The position numbers were made by a program, and so were the translations under genes. DNA of 64,000 bases from Eledone cirrhosa (taxonomy: Eukaryota): NCBI GenBank assembly GCA_964016885.1, contig OZ024740.1, forward strand, positions 19,344,001 to 19,408,000. Direction: 5' to 3'. The notes beneath the pieces are model-generated. The model was not told the origin of the DNA and searched no databases. It saw only the letters and a program-made list of their open reading frames with translations. Shown one piece after another: positions 14,301 through 28,781 of the stretch (the stretch's first letter is position 1; each line of letters opens with the position of its first letter).

Positions 14301-17300
14301 GACGTTGTCTGGTGACTGTCAATACTCAAGCCAGACGAAAATACACCATAACATGATACTACTGACACACCACATATGTCTGACATTGTCTGGTGACTGT
14401 CAATACTCGGACCGGACGAAACTCCCCCATAACAGGATAGTACAGACACACTACGGCAGTCTGACAGTGTCTGGTGACTATCAAATCTCAGGCCAGACGA
14501 AACTACACCATAGCATGTTACTACAGACACATCACAGATGTCTGACATTGTCTGGTGACTGTCAATACATAGACCAGACGAAACTGCCCTATAAAATGAT
14601 ACTACAGACACATCACATATGTCTGACATTGTCTGGTGACTGTGAATACTCAGACCAGACGAAACTACACCATAACATGACACTACAGACACATCACAGA
14701 TGTCTACATTGTCTGAACACTGTCAATACTCAGGCCAGACGAAACTACCCAATAACAGGACACTACAGACACCTCAGATATGTCTGACATTGTCTGGTGA
14801 CTGTCAATACTCAGACCAGACGAAACTACCCCATAACATGAAACTAGTGACACATCACATATGTCTGAGATTGTCTGGTGACTGTCAATATGCAGACCAG
14901 ACGAAACTACACCATAACATGACACTACAGATACACCACAGATGTCTGACATTGTCTGATGACTGTCAATAATGAGGCCAGATGAAACTACACCATAACA
15001 TGACACTACAGACACACCACCTATGTCTGACATTGTCTGGTGACTGTCAATACTCACGCTAGACGAAACTACACCATAACAGGATAGTACAGACACATCA
15101 CAGATGTCCGACATTGTCTGATGACTGTCAATAATCAGACCAGATGAAACTACACCTTAACATGACACTACAGACACATCACAGATGTCTGACATTGTCT
15201 GATGACTGTCAATACTCAGGCAAGACGAAAGTACACCATAACATGACACTACAGACACATCATAGATGTCTGACATTGTCTGAACACTGTAATACTCAAG
15301 CCAGAGGAAACTACACCATAACATGATACTACAGACCCATCACAGATGTCTGACATTGTCTGGTGACTGTCAATACTCAGGCCAGACGAAACTACACCAT
15401 AACATGATACTACAGACCCATAACAGATGTCTGACATTGTCTGAACACTGTAATACTCAAGCCAGACGAAACTACACCATAACCTGACACTACAGACACA
15501 TCACATATGTCTTACATTGTCTGGTGACGGTCAATTCTCAGACCAGACGAAACTACACCATAGCATGATACTACGGACACATCACAGATGTCTGACATTG
15601 TCTGCTGCCTGTTAATACTCAGGCCAGAGGAAACTACACCATAACATGACACTACAGACAGATCACAGATGTCTGACATTGTCTGAACACTGTCAATACT
15701 CAGGCCAGACGAAACTACCCCATAACATGACACAACAGACACCTCAGATATGTCTGACATTGTCTAGTGACTGTCAATACTCAGACCAGACGAAACTACC
15801 CCATAACATGATAGTAGAGACACATCACAGATGTCTGACATTGTTTGATGACTGTCAATACTCAGACCAGACGAAACTACACCATAACATGACACTACAG
15901 ATACACCACAGATGTTTGACATTGTCTGATGACTGTTAATACTCAGACCAGAGGAAACTACACCATAACATGACACTACAGACACATCACATATGTCTGA
16001 CATTGTCTGGTGACCGTCAATATTCAGGCCAGACGAAACTACACCATAACAGGATACTACAGACACAACACATATGTCTGACATTGTCTGATCACTGTCA
16101 ATACTCAGGCCAGACGAAACTACACGATAACAGGACACTACAGACACATCACATATGTCTGACATTGTCTGATGACTGTCAATACTCAGACCAGACGAAA
16201 CTACACCATAACATGATACTACAGACACATCACAGATGTCTGACATTGTCTGATGACTGTCAATACTCAGACCAGACGAAACTACACCATAACATGATAC
16301 TACAGACACATCACAGATGTCTGACATTGTGTGATGACTGTCAATACCCAGACCAGACGAAACTACACCATAACAGGACACTACCAACACATAAAACATG
16401 TCTGACATTGTCCGCTGACTGTCAATACTCAGGCCAGACGAAACTACACGATAACAGGACACTACAGACACATCACATATGTCTGACATTGTCTGATGAC
16501 TGTCAATACTCAGACCAGACGAAACTACACCATAACAGGATACCACAGACACAACACATATGTCTGAGATTGTCTGGTGTCTGTCAATACTCAGGCCAGA
16601 CGAAACTACACCATAACAGGATACTACAGGCACAACACACATGTCTGACATTGTCTGATGACTGTCAATACTCAGGCTAGACAAAACTACACCATAACAT
16701 GACACTACAGACACATCACATATGTCTGACATTGTCTGGTGACTGTCAATATTCAGGCCAGACGAAACTACACCATAACAGGATACTACAGACACAACAC
16801 ATATGTCTGACATTGTCTGATCACAGTAAATACTCAGGCTAGACGAAAGTACACCATAACAGGACACTACAGACACATCACATATGTCTGACATTGTCTG
16901 GTGACTGTAATTACTCAGACCAGACGAAACTACACCATAACCTGATACTACAGACACACCACATATGTCTGACATTGTCTGATGACTGTCAATACTCAGG
17001 CTAGACGAAACTACGCCATAATATTATATTACAGACACATCACCTATGTCTAACATTAATTGGTGACTATCAATACTCAGGCCAGAGGAAACTACACCAT
17101 AACATGACACTACAGACAGATCACAGATGTCTGACATTGTCTGAACACTGTCAATACTCAGGCCAGACGAAACTACCCCATAACATGACACAACAGACAC
17201 CTCAGATATGTCTGACATTGTCTAGTGACTGTCAATACTCAGACCAGACGAAACTACACCATAACATGACACTACAGATACACCACAGATGTTTGACATT

Positions 17301-20300
17301 GTCTGATGACTGTTAATACTCAGACCAGAGGAAACTACACCATAACATGACACTACAGACACATCACATATGTCTGACATTGTCTGGTGACTGTCAATAT
17401 ATAGGCCAGACGAAACTACACCATAACAGGATACTACAGACACAACACATATGTCTGACATTGTCTGATCACTGTCAATACTCAGGCCAGACGAAACTAC
17501 ACGATAACAGGACACTACAGACACATCACATATGTCTGACATTGTCTGATGACTGTCAATACTCAGACCAGACGAAACTACACCATAACATGATGGTACA
17601 GACACATCACATATGTCTGACATTGTCTGATGACTGTCAATACTCAGACCAGACGAAACTACACCATAACATGATAGTACAGACACATCACAGATGTCTG
17701 ACATTGTCTGGTGTCTGTCAATACTCAGGCCAGACGAAACTACACCATAACAGGATACTACAGACACAACACACATGTCTGACATTGTCTGATGACTGTC
17801 AATACTCAGGCTAGACAAAGCTACACCATAACATGACACTACAGACACATCACATATGTCTGACATTGTCTGGTGACTGTCAATATTCAGGCCAGACGAA
17901 ACTACACCATAACAGGATACTACAGACACAACACATATGTCTGACATTGTCTGATCACTGTAAATACTCAGGCTAGACGAAAGTACACCATAACAGGACA
18001 CTACAGACACATCACATATGTCTGACATTGTCTGGTGACTGTAATTACTCAGACCAGACGAAACTACACCATAACCTGATACTACAGACACACCACATAT
18101 GTCTGACATTGTCTGATGACTGTCAATACTCAGGCTAGACGAAACCACGCCATAATATTATATTACAGACACATCACCTATGTCTAACATTAATTGGTGA
18201 CTATCAATACTCAGGCCAGAGGAAACTACACCATAACATGACACTACAGACACATCACATATGTCTGACATTGTCTGAACACTGTCAATACTCAGGCCAG
18301 ACGAAACTACACCATAACATGAAAATACAGACACCTCAGATATGTCTGACATTGTCTGGTGACTGTCAATACTCAGACCAAACGAAACTACCCCATAGCA
18401 TGATACTAGAGACACATCACATATGTCTGACATTGTCTGGTGACTGTCAATACTCAGGCCAGACGAAACTACACCATAACAGGATACCACAGACACAACA
18501 CATATGTCTGAGATTCTCTGGTGACTGTCAATATGCAGGCCAGACGAAACTACACCATAACATGACACTACAGATACACCACAGATGTCTGACATTGTCT
18601 GATGACTGTCAATACTCAGAGCAGACGAAACTACGCCATAACATGATACTACAGACACACCACAGATGTCTGACATTGTCTGATGACTGTTAATACTCAG
18701 GCCAGACGAAACTACACGATAACAGGATACTACAGATACACCACAGATGTCTGACATTGTCTGATGACTGTCAATAATCAGACCAGATAAAACTACACCA
18801 TAACATGATACTACAGACACACCACATATGTCCGACATTGTCTGGTGACAGTCAATACTCAGATCAGACGAAAGTACACCATAACAGGACACTACAGACG
18901 CATAACATATGTCTGACATTGTCTGGTGACTGTCAATACTCAGGCCAGACGAAACTACACCACAACAGGACACTACAGACACACCACATATGTCTGACAT
19001 TGTCTGGTGACTGTCAATACCCAGACCAGACGAAACCACACCATAACAGGACACTACAGACGCATAACATATGTCTGACATTGTCCGCTGACTGTCAATA
19101 CTCAGGCCAGACGAAACTACACCACAACAGGATACTACAGACACACCACATATGTCTGACATTGTCTGGTGACTGTCAATACCCAGACCAGACGCAACTA
19201 CACCATAACAGGACACTACAGACGCATAACATATGTCTGACATTGTCTGATGACTGTCAATACTCAGGCCAGACGAAACTACACCACAACAGGACACTAC
19301 AGACACACCACATATGTCTGACATTGTCTGGTGACAGTCAATACTCAGACCAGACGAAACTACACCATAACATGATACTACAGACACACCACATATGTCT
19401 GACATTGTCTGGTGACAGTCAATACTCAGACCAGACGAAACTACCCCATAACATGATACTACAGACACACCACATATGTCCGACATTGTCTGGTGACAGT
19501 CAATACTCAGGCCAGACGAAACTACCCCATAACATGATACTACAGACACACCACATATGTCCGACATTGTCTGGTGACAGTCAATACTCAGATCAGACGA
19601 AAGTACACCATAACAGGATACTACAGACACACCACATATGTCTGATATTGTCTGATGACTGTCAATACTCAGGCTAGACGAAACTACGCCATAATATTAT
19701 ATTACAGACACATCACCTATGTCTAACATTAATTGGTGACTATCAATACTCAGGCCAGAGGAAACTACACCATAACATGATACTACAGACACATCACATA
19801 TGTCTGACATTGTCTGGTGACTGTCAATACTCAGACCAAACGAAACTACCCCATAGCATGATACTAGAGACACATCACATATATCTGACATTGTCTGGTG
19901 ACTGTCAATACTCAGGCCAGACGAAACTACACCATAACAGGACACTACAGACACAACACATATGTCTGAGATTGTCTGGTGACTGTCAATATGCAGGCCA
20001 GACGAAACTACACCATAACATGACACTACAGATACACCACAGATGTCTGACATTGTCTGATGACTGTCAATACTCAGAGCAGACGAAACTACACCATAAC
20101 ATGATACTACAGACACACCACAGATGTCTGACATTGTCTGATGACTGTCAATACTCAGGCCAGACGAAACTACACGATAACAGGATACTACAGATACACC
20201 ACAGATGTCTGACATTGTCTGATGACTGTCAATAATCAGACCAGATGAAACTACACCATAACATGACACTACAGACACATCACATATGTCTGACATTGTC

Positions 20301-21563
20301 TGGTGACTGTCAATACTCACGCTAGACGAAACTACACCATAACAGGACACTACAGACACAACACACATGTCTGACATTGTCTGGTGACTGTCAATACCCA
20401 GACCAGACGAAACTACACCATAACAGGACAGTACAGACGCATAACATATGTCTGACATTGTCTGGTGACTGTCAATACTCAGGCCAGACGAAACTACACC
20501 ACAACAGGACACTACAGACACACCACATATGTCTGACATTGTCTGGTGACTGTCAATACCCAGACCAGACGAAACTACACCATAACAGGACACTACAGAC
20601 GCATAACATATGTCTGACATTGTCCGCTGACTGTCAATACTCAGGCCAGACGAAACTACACCACAACAGGACACTACAGACACACCACATATGTCTGACA
20701 TTGTCTGGTGACAGTCAATACTCAGACCAGACGAAACTACACCATAACATGATACTACAGATACACCACATATGTCTGACATTGTCTGGTGACAGTCAAT
20801 ACTCAGGCCAGACGAAACTACCCCATAACATGATACTACAGACACACCACATATGTCCGACATTGTCTGGTGACTTTCAACACTCAGATCAGACGAAACT
20901 ACCCCATAACAGGATACTACAGACACACTACGGCAGTCTGACATTGTATGGTGACTGTCAATACTCAGGCCAGACGAAACTACCCCATAACATGATACTA
21001 CAGACACAGCAGATATGTCTGATATTGTCTGATGACTGTCAATACTCAGGCCAGACGAAACTACACCATAACAGGACACTACAGACACACCACATATGTG
21101 TGTCCTTGTCTGATGATTGTCAATACTCAGACCAGACGAAACTACACCATAACATGACACTACAGACACATCACATATGTCTGACATTGTCTGGTGACTG
21201 TCAATATTCAGGCCAGACGAAACTACACGATAACATTATACTACCGACACATCACATATGTCTGACATTAATTGGTGACTATCAATACTCAGACCAGACG
21301 AAACTACACCATAACATGATACTACAGACACATCACAGATGTCTGATATTGTCTGAACACTGTCAATACTCAGGCCAGACGAAAGTACACCATAACATGA
21401 CACTACAGACACATCACAGATGTCTGACATTGTCTGAACACTGTCAATACTCAGGCCAGACGAAACTACACCATAACATGACACTACAGTCACCTTAGAT
21501 ATGTCTGACATTGTCTGGTGACTGTCAATACTCAGACCAGACGAAACTACACCACAGCAGGAC
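2319..21563. repeat. 81-bp satellite array, about 237 monomers
   Basis: Consensus TGTCTGACATTGTCTGGTGACTGTCAATACTCAGACCAGACGAAACTACACCATAACATGATACTACAGACACATCACATA. The ORF track shows a 27-aa periodicity on both strands. Confidence 0.97.
10075..15385. repeat. Higher-order repeat of 1535 bp (19 monomers), about 3.5 copies
   Basis: Near-identical ORFs recur at 10095/11630/13165/14700 and 10539/12074/13609/15144. Confidence 0.92.
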
Positions 21564-21796
21564 GCCAGCTCGACATTAATAAATAAATAAAAATATTAAT
21601 CTCTGCTGTGATCCTGGGTTCTCACTCTTACGACCTACTCCTCGATATATCTTGATAGGGGCCGAGATATAAAGGATGGACTGATTTATTTCACCGAAGA
21701 CCTTCGTGTCTTTACCATACATCTGTCAGATCTAGCCCGAAGAACAACAAAGGAACATCTATGCTGTTAGATCTGCTAAAAAACAATGGTAACATT

Positions 21797-22469
21797 CTTC
21801 TTCTTCTTCTTCTTCTTCTTCTTCTTCTTCTTCTTCTTCTTCTTCTTCTTCTTCTTTTTCTTCTTCTTCTTCTTCTTCTACTACTTCGCCCACTTATTCC
21901 TGGGAATGACACGAGGGCAGCGTCCTCAACCACTCCTTCCTATCGGTTGGTGGTGCCCGTAAAATCTGTCTAGTGATTCTTTTCTGAGACATTTTATCCC
22001 CATGGCCTCAGGTAGCGGTTCTACCTGGAGTGACTCTCTGATCACCAAGCTATGCACTTAATCAAGTAACGTTACTCCAAAGACCCTTCGGATGAACCCT
22101 ATTTCGGCCGCTTGTATTCGCAATCGTATTCTTTCGGTCATTACCCAAGATTCATGACCATAGGTAAGGGTTGACACAAATACCGAATTGAAGTTTGTCT
22201 TTTACACCTCCCTACTTTCTCCTGATTACCGAATACTGAAGTTGGCACCTTACTGCGCCAGCTCTTGCGATTCTTGCACTTAATTCAGCCTCCTGAAGAC
22301 CCCAAAGAGGGTCCGGACGAGAACAAACCTTGACAAGTGGCAGCCATATCCTCCTTAAGTCATATCTAACAGTGTTAAAAGTGGTGAGGGATAATATATT
22401 CCCAGATACAGAATATGGGATACTCACAGGTTGAATGTGTTGCCATAGCATCGACTGACGCTATCCTCA
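21797..22469 (-). mobile_element. Internally deleted RTE-clade LINE remnant with (GAA)n tail
   Basis: Minus-strand translation gives AELSARIARAGAV and FNSVFVSTLTYGHESWVMTERIRLRIQAAEIGFIRRVFG, typical of the RTE region after the RT domain. The tail is the (CTT)n run at ~21795-21887. Possible TSD GTAACATT at 21789-21796 and 22470-22477. The 22300-22469 part is less certain. Confidence 0.8.
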
Positions 22470-22813
22470 GTAACATTAACAACAGCATCAACAACACGAA
22501 CACATTCAACAACAACAACAATTATTAAAACAAACAGAGCAATAACAACAATAACTGCATCAAAAATAACAACGAAAGTTTCAGAAATACTGTTTCTCCT
22601 TTTTATTTCTCATTTTTACCGAAAATTCAGTTAATATACATATATAAAGAACAAAATATATAAAGAACAAAATATATAAAGAACAAAATATATAAATAAA
22701 TAAATAAATAAATAGAGAAAAGGCGGAAGTGAGAGGATTTGTTTCTTTGGACTACATTAACGATTAGAATAAACATATTTTCATTTATGTTATTTTGTAC
22801 TCCGTACTTTGGT

Positions 22814-22871
<58 letters not shown>

Positions 22872-22906
22872 TGTGTGTGTGTGTGTGTATATGTATGTAT
22901 ATATAA

Positions 22907-22953
<47 letters not shown>

Positions 22954-22961
22954 CATATATA
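22814..22961. repeat. (TA)n/(TG)n compound microsatellite
   Basis: Directly visible. Confidence 0.95.
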
Positions 22962-23045
22962 CGTTATTCCGGGTTGAGTCGGAGGTAACCACAGTAAGTA
23001 AGGTACTCAATACATAGCAGAGTATAACAGTTTTAATATAGATGA

Positions 23046-23094
23046 GATTCTACAGGACTAGAACTGTTTCATTCATTAGAAATCATCAGGAATC
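23046..23094 (-). ncRNA. Type I hammerhead ribozyme motif, family 1 copy A (Penelope-like pLTR remnant)
   Basis: Minus strand gattc-CTGATGA-T-TTC-taat-GAA-T-GAA-ACAG-ttctagtc-CTGT-A-gaatc. Core CUGAUGA/GAAA is intact, all three helices pair, cleavage triplet GUA. Confidence 0.75.
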
Positions 23095-23185
23095 AGTCAA
23101 ATCTCTATGTTTATATATATATATACATATATATATATTTATATATATATACATATATATATATTTATATATACATACATACATA

Positions 23186-23220
<35 letters not shown>

Positions 23221-23239
23221 ATAGAGATTTGACTGATTC
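23090..23239. repeat. 24-bp inverted repeats enclosing a (TA)-rich tract
   Basis: gaatcagtcaaatctctatgttta (23090-23113) and taaacatagagatttgactgattc (23216-23239). Confidence 0.85.
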
Positions 23240-24496
23240 GTTTTGTGTATATTTCCGTTTGTTCTTGTTTTTACTTTTAATCCCTAACGCTATTAGCCAC
23301 ATTCATTACAGTAACGCAGTATCTTTCACACAGCTTCCATTAGTAGCAAATATTGATGTGTTTTAGAAGGAGGTGACTTGAATAAATGATATTCAAAATA
23401 TGTTTCGTTATTCTGAAGCGTTAACAATCTAAATGAGGGGGAATGAGCTTCGATCAGAGTTTCAACGATTGAACCACCGTATAGATATCCGCTTAGAAGA
23501 GATCTATATTTAACTTTACGAGTCGGATGTGTTCTACGCTCATAAACACACACCTACACACAAACCCACATACTAAAACACAGGTAAAATATTGTTTTAT
23601 TTAAAACACTGACAAATCATGTTTAAAAGAATGAAAATGAAATAAATAGCAAATATGTTTTGCACATGCGCAAACAGAGGAAACTACACTTCCTTTATGA
23701 GAAAACAAACAATAACGTCGATTTCTTACAAGGCCATAGATTGTTTTAGTAGAAATGAATGAGATTGTGTGACGTTCATACCTTTCCCCCCATCCATGGC
23801 TTTAACTGGTAGTATGTACTAAATCCTTTTACATCGAATTATTTATCAATATTTTATTTTTTCTTCGGCGGAATTTATCATATTTTCATTCGTAATGACA
23901 TCTTTTTCATTTTCTCTTTATAAGTTTTGTTTTAGGGGGTATTATTATTATTTATTATTATTTTTTTGTACTTTTTTTTTTTTTTTTTTTGATGGGGGAG
24001 TCAGACATGGGAAGCTTCCTGGTGGTTGCATAATTTAATTTCATTTAATGGCTGAAAAATAAATATTTACCACTGAAGCTTCTAAATTGATTCATAAATT
24101 GAAATATTGATAGATTAATAGATCGATAGATTATATGTTTATTTGGTTGGCTGGTTATATTTAATTTATATTCTTTCTCTTTTCTTCTGTTGCTTTTTCT
24201 TTCAATCATTATTACTATAATCATTGTTGTTGTTGTTGTTGTTAGGGCTCACTCTTGCGCTGAGTTTTCCGGTTTATATTCTACGATTGTATTGAAAACA
24301 TAGAAAGACAAAAGAGAAGACGGCAGGTCATGACTATGTCTATAGTCTATGTTTTCAGACGAGGCTTTGTTTTTCAATACAACACATTGTGTCTTCTCTA
24401 GATATGTGTATAGTATTGTTATTTTCTCTCGAAAGTCAAATTACTGTCATCTTACTGGCATCACGTTTATTATTATCATACGTATCATAGACATCA

Positions 24497-24670
24497 GTCG
24501 AGGTGGAATTGTGAAGTCGTCAAGCACGTGATGCCTAGTGGTATCTCTTTCGGCCATTTGCATTCTAAATTCACTTGCAACATTTCTGGGGCCAAGTTGT
24601 ATCGGACCTTGCCTTTCTCTACAACATCTGTCACAACATCATTTTTGTCTAGGCATGTGCCCTGGAGAGG
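24497..24670 (+). mobile_element. Degenerate tRNA-derived SINE, probably related to the 28255-28443 element
   Basis: Loose similarity by eye in the head (tgcctagtggtat...ttctaaattca) and the tail (ggcatgtgccc). Confidence 0.35.
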
Positions 24671-25196
24671 AACATTCCAATTGGAAGTCTATGATTACCC
24701 GAAACATAGGGAGACCCGAATTATCATCATCATCATCATCATCATCATCTGTTTTTAATATAGTTATTGTGCTTGCTATCCTTTTTTTTCTTTTTGATCT
24801 TGACGTTCTACTTAGTATCATTGAGATACCTGGGTGTACAAAAGAGTTTCTTTGTTAAAACCTTCACGCAAATCATATATCACATGGAGATGATATATGG
24901 GGAAGCGTGAAGTTTAACTTCGAGATATCTCTATGTAAATACGTTGGATGTATGAATGCACATTTACAAACATACAACATATATACAGAGATGCACCATT
25001 ATTACAGAGTCGTAAGGTTTCAGAACGAGTGATCGTCAGAAGACCTACATATACAACGGACGATTATTCGCTCTGAAACGATAAATAGTCGATGAATTGC
25101 AGAAGATTAAACTTTGAATGAATTAGATAAATTTTTATTTTTATTTAAATTTCAGGCATTGTTTATTCTTCGCATATTTTTGTTTTGTAGACCAAA

Positions 25197-25212
25197 TGTA
25201 TATATATGTATG

Positions 25213-25253
<41 letters not shown>

Positions 25254-25310
25254 TTTTTAGGTGTACAAAATAAATATGTATATATTTATATAAGCATATA
25301 TATAATCATT

Positions 25311-25347
<37 letters not shown>

Positions 25348-25400
25348 ATAGTATATATATACATATATATATGTATATATTTATCAATATATATATTTAT

Positions 25401-25444
<44 letters not shown>
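25197..25444. repeat. (TA)n-rich microsatellite
   Basis: Directly visible. Confidence 0.9.
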
Positions 25445-25447
<3 letters not shown>

Positions 25448-25915
25448 CAGTACACATGTATATTTTCTTAATTATAATTATTGAAAATATTCTAATAATA
25501 ACCAAGAAGAATTATTTATAAACCAAAACAAAGGAAGCAAGAATCACTTCTTTTCAGACTTCGAACACTTGAAATAAGGAATAGATGTTACTTGAAGACG
25601 AATGAGATGATAAGATTATGGTAAGTTAACTGTTTAACACGCTTCGTTCGATCATAGTGGAAGATCGAACCTTACTAGAGAAAAAAGAAGAGAGAAGGAG
25701 AGGCGAATGAGGGTTGGAGCTGAAGAAAGAGTAAGCAAAAGAGAAAAGAGAAATATATATAAAAGCGAGAAAGAAATCGAGAAGAGAGAGAGAGAGAGAG
25801 AGGTGGTAGGGGAATGATATCATTCTATAGTTTGTTTACAGTCATGGTCCACTATATTGCCACTAGAAACAGCAAGATCAACACAGAAAGTGGCTGGTTT
25901 AAATATATTTTGTGT

Positions 25916-27082
<1,167 letters not shown>

Positions 27083-27303
27083 TCATGTGAATAGTTCTGT
27101 ATATTTACGCGTGTGTGAGACATATATAGGGAACAAGCCAACTTCTATTTTAGCTGCTACTACCACCAGACCAAAAAGGAGCATGAAGAAACTAAAAAAA
27201 TCATCGACTGAAACCAGTACTATAAATTACTTTTAAAAAAATGTTTTGCTGTTATTCTATGGGAAAATCCTATTACCATTTTCTACTTTTTTTTTCTTAT
27301 TTT

Positions 27304-27306
<3 letters not shown>

Positions 27307-27376
<70 letters not shown>

Positions 27377-27430
27377 GTATATATATGCATATATATATGT
27401 ATATATATATATATATGTGTATATATATAT
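27307..27430. repeat. (TA)n microsatellite in the tubulin intron
   Basis: Directly visible. Confidence 0.9.
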
Positions 27431-27579
27431 CCATAAATAAATATTTTGTGGGAAAGCAATAAATTATTACTCAAATAAATTACTCAGGGACGCATCTCCA
27501 CAATAAAAAAAACTATACTTAAGTTAAAGTTAACATCATTAATATAGGGAACATTAAAAAGTTAATTAGAAATAATTTT

Positions 27580-27948
27580 GAAAAGGGGTTCCTCCGAAGG
27601 ATTTATGGAGTAAAGTTACTCGACAGAGTGAGTTGTTCGAAGATCAGAGAGTCACCCCAGGGAGAGTTACTACTTCTCCGAATTAAGAGATCACAGCTCT
27701 GATACTATGGACACGTGGTTAGAATGTCTCAGGAAGAATCACTGGACAGATTTTACGGGCAAAACCAACCGGCATGAGACCCAGGGGTAGACCCCGAGCA
27801 AAATAGTTTTATAACATCTCTGAACTTGGCTGGTCATGCTTGGGGTTCCAGCCGGATCAGCTGAAAATGGTTGCTTCTGACAGGAACCGCTGGAAGGAGT
27901 GTTTGAGGTCCTCACAATCCTCTCAGGAATAGGTGGGCGAAGAAGAAG
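27580..27948 (+). mobile_element. 5'-truncated RTE-clade LINE 3' end in the tubulin intron, antisense to the gene
   Basis: Translates FLRRIYGVKLLDRV...IKRSQL*YYGHVVRM and KPTGMRPRGRPRAK*...VASDRNRWKECL. Ends gtgggcgaagaagaag, like the 21797-22469 copy. Confidence 0.88.
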
Positions 27949-27986
27949 TTAATAACAATATTGTTTTAACTATTTCACCTACTTAC

Positions 27987-28209
27987 CAATGACTGTTGGT
28001 TCAAGATCAACAAACACAGCTCGGGGAACGTGTTTGCCTCCACCAGTTTCACTGAAAAACGTGTTGAACGAATCATCACTGCCTGATTGTGATCTCAAAT
28101 CAGGTACTTGACCATTTTGTTGGATGCAATGTTCCAGGCAATACAACTCCCAGCATGCATTGCCAATTTGCACTCCAGCCTGTCCAATGTGGATACTGAT
28201 ACATTCACG
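27987..28209 (-). CDS. TUBA: Alpha-tubulin exon 2 (codon 2 to the first base of codon 76)
   Basis: Acceptor ttttttctctctttgtag, then [27 protein letters not shown]...DLEPTVI, then G|gtaagt donor. The 223-bp length matches the conserved animal alpha-tubulin exon 2. With an ATG-only exon 1 the protein would be 451 aa. Confidence 0.96.
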
Positions 28210-28254
28210 CTACAAAGAGAGAAAAAATAGTAACATTCAGAATGATAATTCAAT

Positions 28255-28443
28255 ATAATTGTTTCTACTTTAGGCACAAGGCCAGCAATTATCCAGTGCA
28301 TTACTGGTACTTTATTTTACCGACCCCGTAAGGATGAAAGGCAAAGTGAACCTCGGCGGGATTTGAACTCAGATCGTAAAGGGACGTAACTATGCTGGAA
28401 AGCATGGCGTCCGACTCTCTACTGATACTGCCAATCCACCGCC
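28255..28443 (-). mobile_element. tRNA-derived SINE with a Meta-domain-like core (abundant octopus-type family)
   Basis: Minus strand has an A-box-like TGGCAGTATCAG, B box GAGTTCAAATCC, then GCCTTTCATCCTTACGGGGTCGGTAAAATAAAGTACCAG. Confidence 0.8.
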
Positions 28444-28452
28444 CTATAATAT

Positions 28453-28669
<217 letters not shown>

Positions 28670-28781
28670 TAAGAGGAATTCCAACTTTGTCTGATTTACT
28701 GGTTTTATTTACAATCCTTTAAAATATATAATGGTATTATAATGAAATAGTATGGTAGAATATTAAATTCTAAGTGTTAAT

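Noticed and set aside
2331-21511. Cys/His-rich 27-aa repeat ORFs resembling zinc-finger or keratin-associated proteins
   Set aside because: They are translations of the 81-bp satellite. There is no C2H2 spacing or TGEKP linker, stops and frameshifts are frequent, and both strands are open.
23326-23553. 75-aa ORF in apparently unique sequence
   Set aside because: No recognisable homology and no convincing splice context.
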